Assembly (NCBI GenBank): GCA_036269625.1
Contig: DATBEF010000140.1
Span: 188 to 64,187, forward strand
DNA from: Bryobacteraceae bacterium
Lineage (GTDB): Bacteria; Acidobacteriota; Terriglobia; Bryobacterales; Bryobacteraceae
Reading direction: 5' to 3'
Length of the DNA: 64,000 nt
Shown: positions 1-11,400 of the stretch, in pieces
Numbering within the stretch: the stretch's first letter is position 1
Layout: each line of letters opens with the position of its first letter
Position numbers and translations under genes: made by a program
Notes under the pieces: model-generated
Databases searched by the model: none
What the model was told of the DNA's origin: nothing
What the model saw: only the letters and a program-made list of their open reading frames with translations

Positions 1-659
1 CACCTGGCAGTCCGAATGGGCCGCTCGATTCTGCGCAGAGAGCTTCGTCGGCTACCGCGGGGCCAGATCCAAATTGGCAGCCCAAAACCGCTCAAGAATT
101 CCTTGCTCGCGGCTACGCGCGCCTGAATTCTCAGAAGCACCCTCAGGCTGAGGTGGATGCTGAGGACGTGCTGAAATTAGAGCCGGACTCCCCCGCGGCT
201 TGGTTCCTCCACGGGCGCGCTGCTTACGAGTTGAAGCAGTATTCGACGGCGATCAAAGATTTCGACCAGGTGATCCGGCATTGGTCAGATTGGCCAGAGG
301 CGTATCGCTTCCGAGATCTCGCCCTTTCCTATTCTGGCCAGCGGGAACGAGCTTTGGCCGATTACCAGGAGGCGATCGAACTGGCCCCGTATTCGGCGCA
401 TGCCCCCAACGCTCTCGGCTGGGCGTACACAGAGCTGGGTCAATTAGATTTAGCGAGAACAAGTCTCGACAAGGCTATCGAACTCGACCCGAACTTCATG
501 TCGGCGCGCGAAAATCTAGTAAAACTCTTCGCCAAGCAAGGTGACGAAGCGGCGGAGTTGAATGAGCTGAACGTCGTCCTGGGCCTTTCGCCAGACAACA
601 AGTGGGCGAGGGATACGAAAGAAGCGGTGCTCCAGAAGCTAACTGCGATGCGGCGGTGA
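1..659 (+). CDS. TPR-repeat protein, 5-prime partial (frame open to window edge)
   Basis: ORF track gives 153..659, but the same frame has no stop back to nt 3. TPR-like units are present (AAYELKQYSTAIKDFDQVI, ALADYQEAIELAP, ARTSLDKAIELDP). Confidence 0.7.
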   Translation, partial: PGSPNGPLDSAQRASSATAGPDPNWQPKTAQEFLARGYARLNSQKHPQAEVDAEDVLKLEPDSPAAWFLHGRAAYELKQYSTAIKDFDQVIRHWSDWPEAYRFRDLALSYSGQRERALADYQEAIELAPYSAHAPNALGWAYTELGQLDLARTSLDKAIELDPNFMSARENLVKLFAKQGDEAAELNELNVVLGLSPDNKWARDTKEAVLQKLTAMRR

Positions 660-681
660 TCTGAGCGCGGCAGGAGGTTTC

Positions 682-1326
682 TTGCACAATGGAGCCATGG
701 AAACAGAGGACATCGTACTATCCGGCCGGCACATTCGCCTCGAAGCGCTTGACAGCCGGCATGTCGATGGCCTGGTAGCCGCCGCGGCAGTTGACCCCTC
801 CCTTTACCAATGGAGTCTAGTCCCACGCACCAGCGCCGAAACTATCAGCTATGTGGATACAGCACTGGGTTGGCACAGAGCGGGAAGCGCTGTGCCATTC
901 GCAATCGTCCGCGTGGAGGACGGTGTCGTCGTCGGGTCCACCCGCTTCTGGAATCTGGAGCGTTGGTTGTGGCCGCGGGGACATTTGAGGCACGGGCGCC
1001 AGGATCCCGATGCCTGTGAGATCGGCCATACCTGGTTGAGCCGCTCCTCGATTCGAACCGCTACAAATACCGAGGCTAAGCTACTGATGCTTACGCACGC
1101 CTTCGAAACTTGGCAGGTGCTGCGAGTTTGCTTACACACGGATGCGCGTAACCTCCGTTCCAGAGCTGCGATAGAACGTATTGGCGGGAAGTTTGAGGGT
1201 ATACTCCGTGCGCATCGTATGGCCGCCGACTATACCCCGCGGGACTCAATGCGGTTTTCCATTTTGGCGGAGGAGTGGGCGGATGTGAAGCGCCGACTGA
1301 CTGAGTTGTTAGATCGGGCGAGATAG
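682..1326 (+). CDS. GNAT family N-acetyltransferase (RimJ/RimL-like)
   Basis: 214-aa ORF with core CEIGHTWLSRSSIRTATNTEAKLLMLTHAFETWQVLRVCLHTDARNLRSRAAIERIGGKFEGILRAH, typical of Acetyltransf_3. Confidence 0.85.
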   Translation: MHNGAMETEDIVLSGRHIRLEALDSRHVDGLVAAAAVDPSLYQWSLVPRTSAETISYVDTALGWHRAGSAVPFAIVRVEDGVVVGSTRFWNLERWLWPRGHLRHGRQDPDACEIGHTWLSRSSIRTATNTEAKLLMLTHAFETWQVLRVCLHTDARNLRSRAAIERIGGKFEGILRAHRMAADYTPRDSMRFSILAEEWADVKRRLTELLDRAR

Positions 1327-1381
1327 GCTGCGGTCACCCAGGAGGCGTGGGTGCTGAGCGACCGGAATCTCCCGCGGATAT

Positions 1382-2284
1382 ATGACGCGACTTTACCGTC
1401 GTAAGATCTCGACTGTCGTAAGATCTCGGTATCGATCGCGAATGGATACCTTCGACTTCGTTGACGATCCAATCACCGCTGCCCAGGTCGAAACGCTAGC
1501 TTCGCTGCTTGGCGAGGAATGGACCGAGGAAGCGCGCGATGGTTTCCTTGTAATCAGCGGTCGATTTGTCGACTACACCGGAACGGATCGAACAGAGGAA
1601 TTAGAAATGATCTTCAGGACGCATCTTCCTTCGGGAAGAAGGGCCCTGAGACGTAGCTTGGAGAAGCTCTTCAGCTTTGTTGGCAGCCTGCATCAGTTTG
1701 AAGCCGACTATCCCGTCTTGATCAACGATCCGGAGTTTGGATCGATGGCGGTCTTCCCGCAGCTGCCGATTATTGGGATCGAGGAAATCACTTCGGAGCT
1801 TTACCGGGTTCTAGATTCGCACGCAAGCGTACATGGAACACGGGAATCAGTGCGGGACTATATTATGCGAGAGGGCAAGCTGCCGTATCTTAATCCTGGC
1901 GCGGGGCTTATCCTCAGGAAGAAGCCTCGCATCCATTGGTGTTCTTATGAACGTTACGCAAGCCCCTTGGCGACAAGCTCTGCACTGCAAATACTTCCCA
2001 GCTGGAACAGCGACTGCAAGCTTCGAGCGACTCTTCTTACCGGGAGATTGGAAGGGCTTGTATTCGTGGCGTTCAACGGCGACACAGAATATCCGGACAA
2101 GACGCCCGGCGCATTTGCCGGATATCATTTGGAGCTGAAAGCTCAGGATCATGAGGAGCTGCCCGGTGGAGGACTGCAGGTCGGCGTCGTTGGTGGCCCA
2201 GAAGTATTCACACTCGAAGAGTGGATTGATTCTGAGTGCCGCTGGTCCAAGATTTGGAGTCGAGCCGCTAAACCATCTCCGTAA
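1382..2284 (+). CDS. hypothetical protein
   Basis: 300-aa ORF from an alternative start. The more likely start is ATG 1442 (MDTFDFVDD). No family recognised. Confidence 0.5.
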   Translation: MTRLYRRKISTVVRSRYRSRMDTFDFVDDPITAAQVETLASLLGEEWTEEARDGFLVISGRFVDYTGTDRTEELEMIFRTHLPSGRRALRRSLEKLFSFVGSLHQFEADYPVLINDPEFGSMAVFPQLPIIGIEEITSELYRVLDSHASVHGTRESVRDYIMREGKLPYLNPGAGLILRKKPRIHWCSYERYASPLATSSALQILPSWNSDCKLRATLLTGRLEGLVFVAFNGDTEYPDKTPGAFAGYHLELKAQDHEELPGGGLQVGVVGGPEVFTLEEWIDSECRWSKIWSRAAKPSP

Positions 2285-2295
2285 TTCATCCGGCG

Positions 2296-3246
2296 TCAGT
2301 GCCCGCGCCAGCGTAGGAAAGCGCCTATTCCTGCAGGCCAGATCCGCAGAGCCCAAAGTACGGCTGCAATTTTCGCAGAGGGCGCCAACCGCTGCCTGAT
2401 CTCGAATTGCCGGCGCGCCTCCGCAGTATCGCCTTTCGCGAGCGCCTCTTTTGCTGATGCTAAGGCTAATTCGGCCTCGAACTTGCGCCGGCCCCGCAGT
2501 ACGGCTTCACGCTCGGAAACGGTTAAGTCATCCCGGCTCGTGATCTTGTCGGCTACTCGGATGGCCCAGGTTCGCATCCAGATCGCATTCGTTGACAGAC
2601 TGCCTGCCCTACGCCGGTAACGGAACAGGAGGCCGGGGTGACGTGTGATAGCGCCTCCACCCTTGAGAATTCTCAAATGCAGATCGAAATCTTCGCAACT
2701 GCGCAGGTTCTCGTCATAGCAACCCGCGCGCCGCACCGCATTGGTCCGTATAACGCACCCGTAAGCGGGACTGCATGTGTTGTCGGCGATGCGTTCGAAC
2801 GTGAATGGCTCAGGATTGTGGTTGAACTCGGAAAGGCGACGGCCTTCGACTGCCGGATCGCCGAAGAACACCCCGTCGGTGAAGACAGCCGTAACCGCTG
2901 GATCTCGCGTTAATGCGCCTACGGTTTCCTCTAAAAACCGGGTTTCCCATGCGTCGTCGGAATCGAGCATCGCCACTAGCTGGCCGCGCGCCCTCGCCAA
3001 ACCGGCATTACGGGCACTCGATATTCCGCCGTTAGGCTGCTTAATGTATACAAACCGCCCTTCATACCGCGCGAGCACTTTTTCTAACGCAGCGGTATCC
3101 GGGCATCCATCGTTTATTACGATGACCTCGTAATCGGAGAACGTTTGGCGGTAAATGGAATCCAGGGTATCCGCGATATATTCCGTAACGCGATAGGCCG
3201 GAACGATCACGCTCACGGCCGGACCCTGTGCTTCGGGCTCAGTCAC
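2296..3246 (-). CDS. glycosyltransferase family 2
   Basis: VSVIVPAYRVTEYIADTLDSIYRQTFSDYEVIVINDGCPD and MLDSDDAW (DxD) are GT-A fold signatures. Confidence 0.85.
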   Translation of the reverse strand: MTEPEAQGPAVSVIVPAYRVTEYIADTLDSIYRQTFSDYEVIVINDGCPDTAALEKVLARYEGRFVYIKQPNGGISSARNAGLARARGQLVAMLDSDDAWETRFLEETVGALTRDPAVTAVFTDGVFFGDPAVEGRRLSEFNHNPEPFTFERIADNTCSPAYGCVIRTNAVRRAGCYDENLRSCEDFDLHLRILKGGGAITRHPGLLFRYRRRAGSLSTNAIWMRTWAIRVADKITSRDDLTVSEREAVLRGRRKFEAELALASAKEALAKGDTAEARRQFEIRQRLAPSAKIAAVLWALRIWPAGIGAFLRWRGH

Positions 3247-3290
3247 TGTCTCTAGTCAAGCATAATGGGGAAGTTGCCGATGAAGAAGGT

Positions 3291-4247
3291 ATGCCGGAGC
3301 TAGAATCCGACCAGAAGCTGACGCTTGATGTTGTGCTTCCAACGTATAAGCGCCCCGATCTGCTCCAGAGAACGTTGACAAGTCTTGCGGCCGCACCCCG
3401 TCCCGAAGGTTTGGCGGTGCAGGTGTGGGTCGTGGACAACAACTCGCACGATACGACGCCGGAAGTTGTGGCTGAGAACCGAAAAGAGTTCCCTGTTCCC
3501 CTGCATTACGTGGCCGAAACGGTCCAGGGCCTATCGCCCGCAATGAATCGCGGCATTCGCGAGAGCCGTGGGGACCTGATTGGACTGATTAACGATGACG
3601 AGGAAGTCGACAGTCGATGGTATGAAGTCATTCATCGCATTTTTACCTCGACCGACTATAGCTTTCTCGGCGGCCCTTATACTCCTCGCTGGGGCGGTGA
3701 AAAGCCCGAATGGGTTATGCCAGAGTTCGGGTCTGTAGTTGGTTGGGTGGAGGCGGGGGATGTTCCGCGCGAATATGGGCCCGGATTCCATGGGATCTTG
3801 ATGTCAGGCAATGCCATCGTCCGGCGCGCCGTCTACGAGAAAGTTGGCCTTTATGACGTGGCATTGGGGCGCACTAATAAGGGGCTGCTGTCCTGCGAAG
3901 ACGAGGATATGTTCGAACGGCTGCTTAAGGCCGGATTTCGCGGTCTATATTGCCCCGAGTTGATCATTCACCATTACGTGCCGCCGGAACGTCTGACGCG
4001 ACGTTATCACCGGCAATGGTGCTGGGGCCAAGGCATTTCAAAAGGTGTGCTGGCGCGGACACGTCCCAGCGGAGTAGTGGAAATACTAGGCATTCCGCGC
4101 TGGCAAATTCGACAGGCCGCTGGAGGGTTTCTCCGCGCTCTGAAAGGCAAAGTCGGCTTGGCGCCCGCTGCAGCCGCCTTCGAGGGCGAACTGCGCGTCT
4201 GGAGCCTTGCGGGTTACATTAACGGGCGTCACTTCTGGAAGCAGTGA
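3291..4247 (+). CDS. glycosyltransferase family 2
   Basis: ORF track gives 3228..4247; the likely start is ATG 3291 (MPELESDQ). Motifs LDVVLPTYKRPDLLQRTLTSL, VVDNNSHDTT and NDDEEVD are present. Divergent from the preceding GT2. Confidence 0.8.
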   Translation: MPELESDQKLTLDVVLPTYKRPDLLQRTLTSLAAAPRPEGLAVQVWVVDNNSHDTTPEVVAENRKEFPVPLHYVAETVQGLSPAMNRGIRESRGDLIGLINDDEEVDSRWYEVIHRIFTSTDYSFLGGPYTPRWGGEKPEWVMPEFGSVVGWVEAGDVPREYGPGFHGILMSGNAIVRRAVYEKVGLYDVALGRTNKGLLSCEDEDMFERLLKAGFRGLYCPELIIHHYVPPERLTRRYHRQWCWGQGISKGVLARTRPSGVVEILGIPRWQIRQAAGGFLRALKGKVGLAPAAAAFEGELRVWSLAGYINGRHFWKQ

Positions 4248-4350
4248 AAACGCTGTGAAGCGTTGGACGGCCACGCTGGCGACGTTAGATCCGCCAGTTT
4301 CGCCGTTTGCTGCCAGGTTGTGGACTCCACGGCCCGAGGCCCGCTAGCCT

Positions 4351-5436
4351 GTGATCGTGCAAAGAACTGCCGGCAGCATGAGATTCCTGCTGAAACCTGT
4401 AGCCCGGCGCTATCGCCGCTGGATGCACGCATGGGAAAACGAACTGTGCTTCCGCTCCACTGATCGTGTGGTGCGGCCGTTCGAGTATGGGCTCGAATGG
4501 TGCAAGGATTGGCCGTGCGCGCGTGATTTGGCGCTGGATGAAGCTACGCCGCAAGAGTCTCTTCTCGAATTGAACAGGTGGGCGATTGCAAATAGCGACG
4601 AGTTTTTCGGCTACGAGCCGCCGTCTGAGTTTACTCTCGAAGGCGAATGGCTCTCGTTCCGCTCTCCGGTGCAAAACGCGTATAGGGAGAACAACACGGT
4701 TCGCGCCATGTGGTTCCCGGCGCGAAATGCGAATGGCAGAGCCGTAGTCGTTTTGCCGCACTGGAACTCGAAGCTGCCGCAACAGAATGCGCTATGCGCC
4801 GGGCTCGCGCGTCTGGGGATTTCCGCTCTACGCCTGAGCCTTCCCTACCATGACGCGCGTATGCCAGCTGAACTGGGCCGCGCCGATTTCGCCGTTTCCG
4901 CCAACATCGCCCGCACAATCGATACTACACGCCAAGCCGTCATCGATGCCCGCGCCTGCTTCGATTGGCTGCAGCAGCAGCGCTTTGACCGGCTCGGGAT
5001 CGTCGGTACCAGCCTGGGGTCCTGTTATGCGTTTCTCGCGGCCGCACATGATCCGCGAATACGAGTGAACGTCTTCAATCATTGCTCGACCTACTTTGCC
5101 GATCCGGTCTGGGAAGGCTTATCCACACAGCACATCCGGCAGAGCTTTGAAGGGGTCATTAGCCGGGACACGCTTCGCCAACTTTGGATGTGTATCAGCC
5201 CGCCCTGTTATTGGCAACAGTTTACGGCTCGCAAACAGCGGTCCAAATTCATCTATACGCGGTACGACACCACGTTTCCGTTGCACCTCTCGCGCGATGT
5301 GATCCGCGGCGCGCGCAAGATGAATTGGGATCATCGCGCAACCGAGTTGCTTTGTGGGCATTACACGATGGGCGAGTTCCCGTTTAAATACATCACCGGT
5401 TACGAGATCTGCTCGTTCCTGAAGCGGAATCTGTAG
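4351..5436 (+). CDS. alpha/beta-fold hydrolase
   Basis: 361-aa ORF with nucleophile elbow GTSLGS after VVVLPHWNS. Start uncertain (GTG 4351 or ATG 4378). Confidence 0.75.
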   Translation: MIVQRTAGSMRFLLKPVARRYRRWMHAWENELCFRSTDRVVRPFEYGLEWCKDWPCARDLALDEATPQESLLELNRWAIANSDEFFGYEPPSEFTLEGEWLSFRSPVQNAYRENNTVRAMWFPARNANGRAVVVLPHWNSKLPQQNALCAGLARLGISALRLSLPYHDARMPAELGRADFAVSANIARTIDTTRQAVIDARACFDWLQQQRFDRLGIVGTSLGSCYAFLAAAHDPRIRVNVFNHCSTYFADPVWEGLSTQHIRQSFEGVISRDTLRQLWMCISPPCYWQQFTARKQRSKFIYTRYDTTFPLHLSRDVIRGARKMNWDHRATELLCGHYTMGEFPFKYITGYEICSFLKRNL

Positions 5437-5443
5437 AGCGCGG

Positions 5444-8400
5444 TCACTGGACCGTTAAGATGCCCAGCGTGCCGGCCGCGCTCAGCGACTGGCCGCCGGT
5501 TGTATTTTGCAGATAGAACACCGTGCCGGGCGCGATGCCTAGCGCAGCGGCCGATCCGGTTGCGCCGCCTCCGCCGATGAGCGGGCCGTTGAACGAACCC
5601 TGATGAATTTCGACAGTTGTGATACCGGCGGGCGCATTCCACTGGAGCAGGGTAGTTCCGGTTAGCATTCCGCCTCCGAGGATCATGGGATTGGGTGTCG
5701 CGCTGAATACAGGCGCGGTGCGGACATGTACCATCACGGTGTCGAGTGTGTTGGGGAGCGTTAAGGCTTTCCCGTTCGACGTGTCCTGGAGGTAGAAAAT
5801 CGTCCCGTCGGAGACGGACGAGACTGCCACCTCGGCGTTCGATGAGCCGCCTGAAGCGACTAACGGGCCGCTCGGTGAGTTTGTGTGTACTTCGGTTGTG
5901 GTTGCTCCGGGTGCGGTCCAGGATAGGGATGTCGAGCCGGTGGTCGAGCCAGTTGGGACGAGGATCGGGTTGGGCGTGGCGTGGAGGGCGGCTGGGGCGG
6001 AGTTGGCCAAAACGTCAATGGTAAGGCCCTGAGTCGTCGGAGCCCAAACAGAGGTTCCGGAATAGGCTGCGCTGAGGAAATAGCGGCCTGGCGTGAAGAC
6101 GGTTATCGGAATGCTGGCGTAACCGGCACTGTTTACCGGTAACGTTCCAAGCGATGTGTTATTGAACGCTGGGTCGGTCAGGGTGAACGTGATCGACCCG
6201 GAAGACATCGGAAGATCCCCCTGGCCAACAGCGACCGTGTTAACAACGAGAGTTGCGCCAGTGTAGACGGTATTCGGTAGCGGGCCGAAGTATAGGTATG
6301 TATCTATCGGCCTTGGCCATGGCGCAGTAACTGTGTTGGAGGTACTTAGCTGATAATCGCTGTCGCCGCTGTACTCTGCGACGACACTTTGGTTTGGTGC
6401 TGGAAGGGCGATTTTGTCGAGATTTGCAGTGAGCGACAACCCGCCGGGATAAACGACGACCGTGCTGTCAGTCCGGCCCACTTCGAGAAGATCCGGTAAT
6501 CCATCGGAATTGAAATCGCCTATGAGGGCGCCGGTGACAAAGGAAATCGTATTCGTAGAGGTAGGGTTCAAAAAATGGCCAGGATTCGCGGCGTCGTTGA
6601 GCGAGACCCAGCTGGAAGAAGTGTTCCACAAAACCAGATCAACGAGTCCGTCGCCGTTCATGTCATAAGCGGACGCGCTCACGACATTACCGTATATAGT
6701 TGCGCTCAATGGTTTTGCCGCTGCGGGTGCAGGCGGAAGAAAATTCCCAGGATTCGATGGGTCATTTGCGTAGAGCACTAGCTTGGAGTTTTGAATCGAG
6801 AGAACATCGGGCAGACCGTCTTCGTTAAAATCCGCCACGTTCACAGACGAGACACCGCTGCCCAGACTGATGCTGGTGCTTGCCGCAAACTGGCCGGGAT
6901 TCTTGAGGTCGGCGATCATCACAAGAAGATTGAGGCCGGAGGGCTGCGATCCGGATGTCAGAACCAGGTCCGGAAAGCCGTCGTGATTCATATCCGCTAT
7001 CGCTATCTGCTGGTAGCCGCCCGGCAGCGATGTGACGATGCCCGGCAGAAATTGTCCAGGATGGGCTGGATCGGCGAGGGCTACAGTGAGCGCGTGAAAT
7101 GTCGGGTCGAAATAGGCGAGGTCCGGAAGGCCGTCCGCATTGAAGTCGGCGGTGACGAGTTGACCGAATTCGCCGCCCAGCGGCATGGTTATGGGCGATT
7201 GGAATTGTCCGGGATGGGCGGGCTCGCCGAGGAAAACTTGGGTCGTAGCCGACGTTGGGCCAGTAGTCCCTCCCACTGTTCCGATGGCTAAATCGAGCAC
7301 TCCATCTCCGTTGAAATCGGCTGCCACCATTGTGGGCACAGTTATGGATTGGTTGAGGTTGTAGTCGGTCTCGGGCAGGAACTGGCCCGGATGGTTGGGA
7401 TCGCCAAATGCCACTCCCAACACGCCCGGCGGGCTAAGGACTGCGAGGTCGAGTATTCCATCGTTGTTGAAATCGCCGCTAACCCACGCGTGATAGCCGA
7501 TGTTTAGGTTAAAGGGGGAAATCAGCGCTGGCCCACAGGAAAAGGAGGGAGAGCCGCTCAATGGAATCGAACCCATCGTTGCGCTCGCGGTGTTGTTTAC
7601 GAAATTCACTGGGCCCATAGGAGGATTCGGCGCGAAACCTAAAACTGTCGCCTGGAACGCCGAATTGGCATTGTTCGAGGGATCGGGATTTACAGTAAGG
7701 CTAGTTGTTGATGCAACAAGTCCGGTGATGGTGATTGATGCGGGCGCTGATGCTGCGGCCAAGGCCGGGATCGGGCCGCGGAGTGCACCGCCGAAATTAG
7801 CCGTGATCGTGTGTGTTCCCGGTCCAAACGAGGCGGTTCGCAAAGTCGCGGTGCCTTGTGCTGTCCCGGAGATAACAACTTGCGCGGTTCCGAGTGAACG
7901 TGGGCCGTCGAAAAATTCGACCAGCCCGCCGCGAACGTTCTGCGTTGTCTCACTGTCCACCGTCACCGTCGCTATCAGTGTAACGACATTACCCAGCGCT
8001 ACAGTAATTGGATTCGCTGAAAGCGACACAGTCGGCGTACTGGGGAGCACGATTTGAACGATATTCGAGTTGCTCGCGCCCAATGGTGCGGCGAATCGAT
8101 TATTCACCGGACGGAACGCTGCCTGGAGATTGTGATAGCCCGAACCGGGCAGCGCTATGTTGGACAGAACGACGCTGCTCTCAAGACCTGACAGCAGGAC
8201 CTCAACGTTTCCGGCTCGATCTAACGCGACTAGATCGGGAAATCCGTCGCCATTCATGTCGGCGGTGGCGAGGTAAGTCGGACTGGCTGCGGTCGGATAG
8301 ACTACCTGCGGCAGAAACTGCCCGGGATGCGTTCCGTCGTTGGTCAGGACACTGATCGTGGTGTCTGTCGCGTTGGCCACGGCGAGATCGGAATGGCCGT

Positions 8401-11400
8401 CGCGATTGAAATCTCCAGCGACGAGTCCTGTAATGCCATTGCCAGCCGAGTAGGTGACTGCGCTTTGGAAGGTGCCGGGTTGACCGGCTACGGAGAGCAG
8501 CACGGTAACCACGTTGCCTACGTCAGCGTACGCGATGTCTGGTATGCCGTCGCCGTTGAAATCGGCAGTGACGACGAACGATCCAGTCCCGATTTTATTG
8601 GCCGACAGAAAGGCGCCTGGTGAATCGGAATTATTCAGCACAACGTTTACTGAGCCCACGCCCGTAAGAAGGTCCGGCAATCCGTCGTTATTGAGATCCG
8701 CGATCTGCAGTTGCACTTGCCCATAGCCTGAATCGGATGTGTCAAGCCCTCCACCGACCTGACCCGTTTGGACAAACGTTCCCGGTTGGTTTGGATTACC
8801 CTCGAATATAGTCACCTGAAGAAGCGGACTCGTTAGCACGGCAATGTCGGGGATGCCGTCCCGGTTCAAATCGGCTACTCGGATCGCACCACTAACACGG
8901 CCCGAGCTTAACTTGTACTGTGCGGGCGTGGCGAAATGCCCTGGAGAGTTTGGAATTCCGAGAAATATCTCAACCAACCCCGCCAACCCTTGAGGTGCAG
9001 TAGTGCCCTCGCACGTGATCAAATCTGGAACTCCGTCACCGTTGACGTCAGCGATGGCAACACCTGTTGCGGTTTCTGCAGTCGCTATACTGATCTGTCT
9101 TTGGAATTTGCCTGGATTCTGGGGATCGGAGAGGAGGAGTAGCAAGCCACCGTTCGTGACCACCAGATCGGGAACGCTATCTCCGTTCAAATCGCCGGCA
9201 GTGAAGGTGGCGCCGTACAATGATTGCGACACCGGCGTGAGTACAGGCGACGCAAAGCCCCAGGCGCTGGTAGAAGGCAACGGGAGTTCTCCCAATGTCA
9301 CGTGCTGTGCTAAATCTCTAAACGTGACCGATCCGGCCGGTACTGCTTGGTTGAACGTGGAGACCGCTGCCGTCAAGTTGTATTTACCGGGCGATGAACC
9401 AGCGACAGAAAGCCAGGTAGCGGTATTGGGCGTTCCGTTGATCGTGACCGTCACGGGCGCCGAAGAGCTGCCGTTGTCATACTGATTCGAGAGCGGCGCG
9501 CCGGAGTACACCGCGGTCAGGGTGTGGGCGCCCACTCCCAACTTGGTTTCGAAAATCGCCGAACCGCCTTGGCTTCCCGATCCAATAATCTGAGCGGAGC
9601 CCAATATCGACGTTCCATCCCGGAACTGTACAGTGCCCGTCGCTGCGGGATTGCCACTTATGGTCACGGTAGCGGTCAGCGTGATGGTAGTCCCGAGGAG
9701 TGCGCTTAACGGCGAAGCCGAAAGAACAGTTGTGGAACTGACGGGTACGTTGATCGCAATCGCCGGCGAGACGCTGCTTAAATAAATTGAATCTCCAGCA
9801 TAGGAAGCGTTTAGTACGTTCGGGCCGGGAGTTGGGACGGGTGTGTCAGCGAAATAGCCGGACGCAATGTTCGCTGCCAGCGAGATATCGACGGCTATCG
9901 GATTCAAAGTTGCCACGTCGAGAAGACCATCGCCATTGAAATCTGCGATCGCATGCCAACTCAAATCCAAATACGGCAGAACAGGTTGTGCAATAAACTG
10001 GCCTGGGTTCGACGTATCACCTAAGAAGACTTGCAAACCAAATTGAGGCGAAACATAGCCGGGCAGAGAAACATATTCAACACCTACGATCAGATCGATT
10101 ACGCCGTCACCATTCACATCGGCAGCGATCACTTGGGATGGCCGAACTCCGTTAAGGGCCGCGGGTGTATTGGGGATGAACTGGCCCGGATTGGTTGGAC
10201 TGTTCAGCAAAATCTGCAGTAACTGGCCAGATACGGCGACCATGTCTGGTAATCCGTCGCCGTTTATATCGGCGACGGCCTCGATTTCTTCTGAGCTCCC
10301 AAGGTTGAGCGAAACACCGGGCAGAAATTGTCCGGGATTTGCTGGATCGCCGGGCAAATATGTGTTTTCTGTGATGATGTCGCGGACGCCGTCGCCGTTC
10401 AGGTCGGCAATGAAGAGTGATGAATACGATTCCAGGCCCGTTTGCGATGGGGCCAGAAATTGGCCCGGGCTCGCTGGATTGTTCAGAAAGATCGTGATGT
10501 TTGACCCGCCGACGATCAAGTCGGGAAGTCCGTCGCCGTTCAGATCGCCCACAGCCAAGTTGAGTGCCTCCTCGCTAGTCGGGAAGCTATATCCTATAGC
10601 GGGTTTGAACTGTCCTGGATTGGCCGGGTCGCCCAGCAGGATCTGTAATGCGTTAGAAGCGTCAGGCGCCAGAAAGGCTATGTCCGGTATCCCGTCGCCG
10701 TTGAAATCGGCAATTATAAGGTCACCGCCGTACGCGGAATTGGGGGGAAGCGTCACGGACATGCCTTGAATGAACTGACCGGGATGATTCGGGTCACCCA
10801 GAAAGATGTCGAGAACATTGTTTACATAGTCCACGGCGCCGACGTCCGGGATTCCGTCACCATTGAAATCCGCCGTAATCACGGCCCCACCATAGCCAGG
10901 CGAGTTCGGACCCTTGAATGAGACGGCGGGCAAATAGCCAATACCGGCGTTGGAACTCGAAAGTGTTCCGGTTGCGAGCGTTGTGTTAGAAGTAGTGTCC
11001 TGAACGGCGACCGTCCCGGTTGGGGACGTTAGCCCGAAAGCCCCTACAATTGCAGTGAAGTTGTCGTTGACTAGATTCTTGTCACGTGTTGTCGCGGTAA
11101 GAGCAGCGCCCGAACCTGGTTGGCCAGTGATGGTCAATCCAACGGCTGAGGAGACGCTTGGGGCCAAGTTGCCCAGGGCTGCATGCGCCGCGCCTTCGAA
11201 TACGGCGGTAAGGGAATGCGCTCCTGGATTGAACGATGAAGTCTTCAAGAAGGCGATTCCGCTGGAACTGACTTGAGCCGCGCCCAAGAATCTCTTGCCG
11301 TCGAGAAATTTCACCCGGCCGGCTGTAACGGCTTGCCCATTTAGAGCGACTGTTGAAGTCAACGTGATAGCCGTGCCTTTGACGACTATTCCGGGCGACG

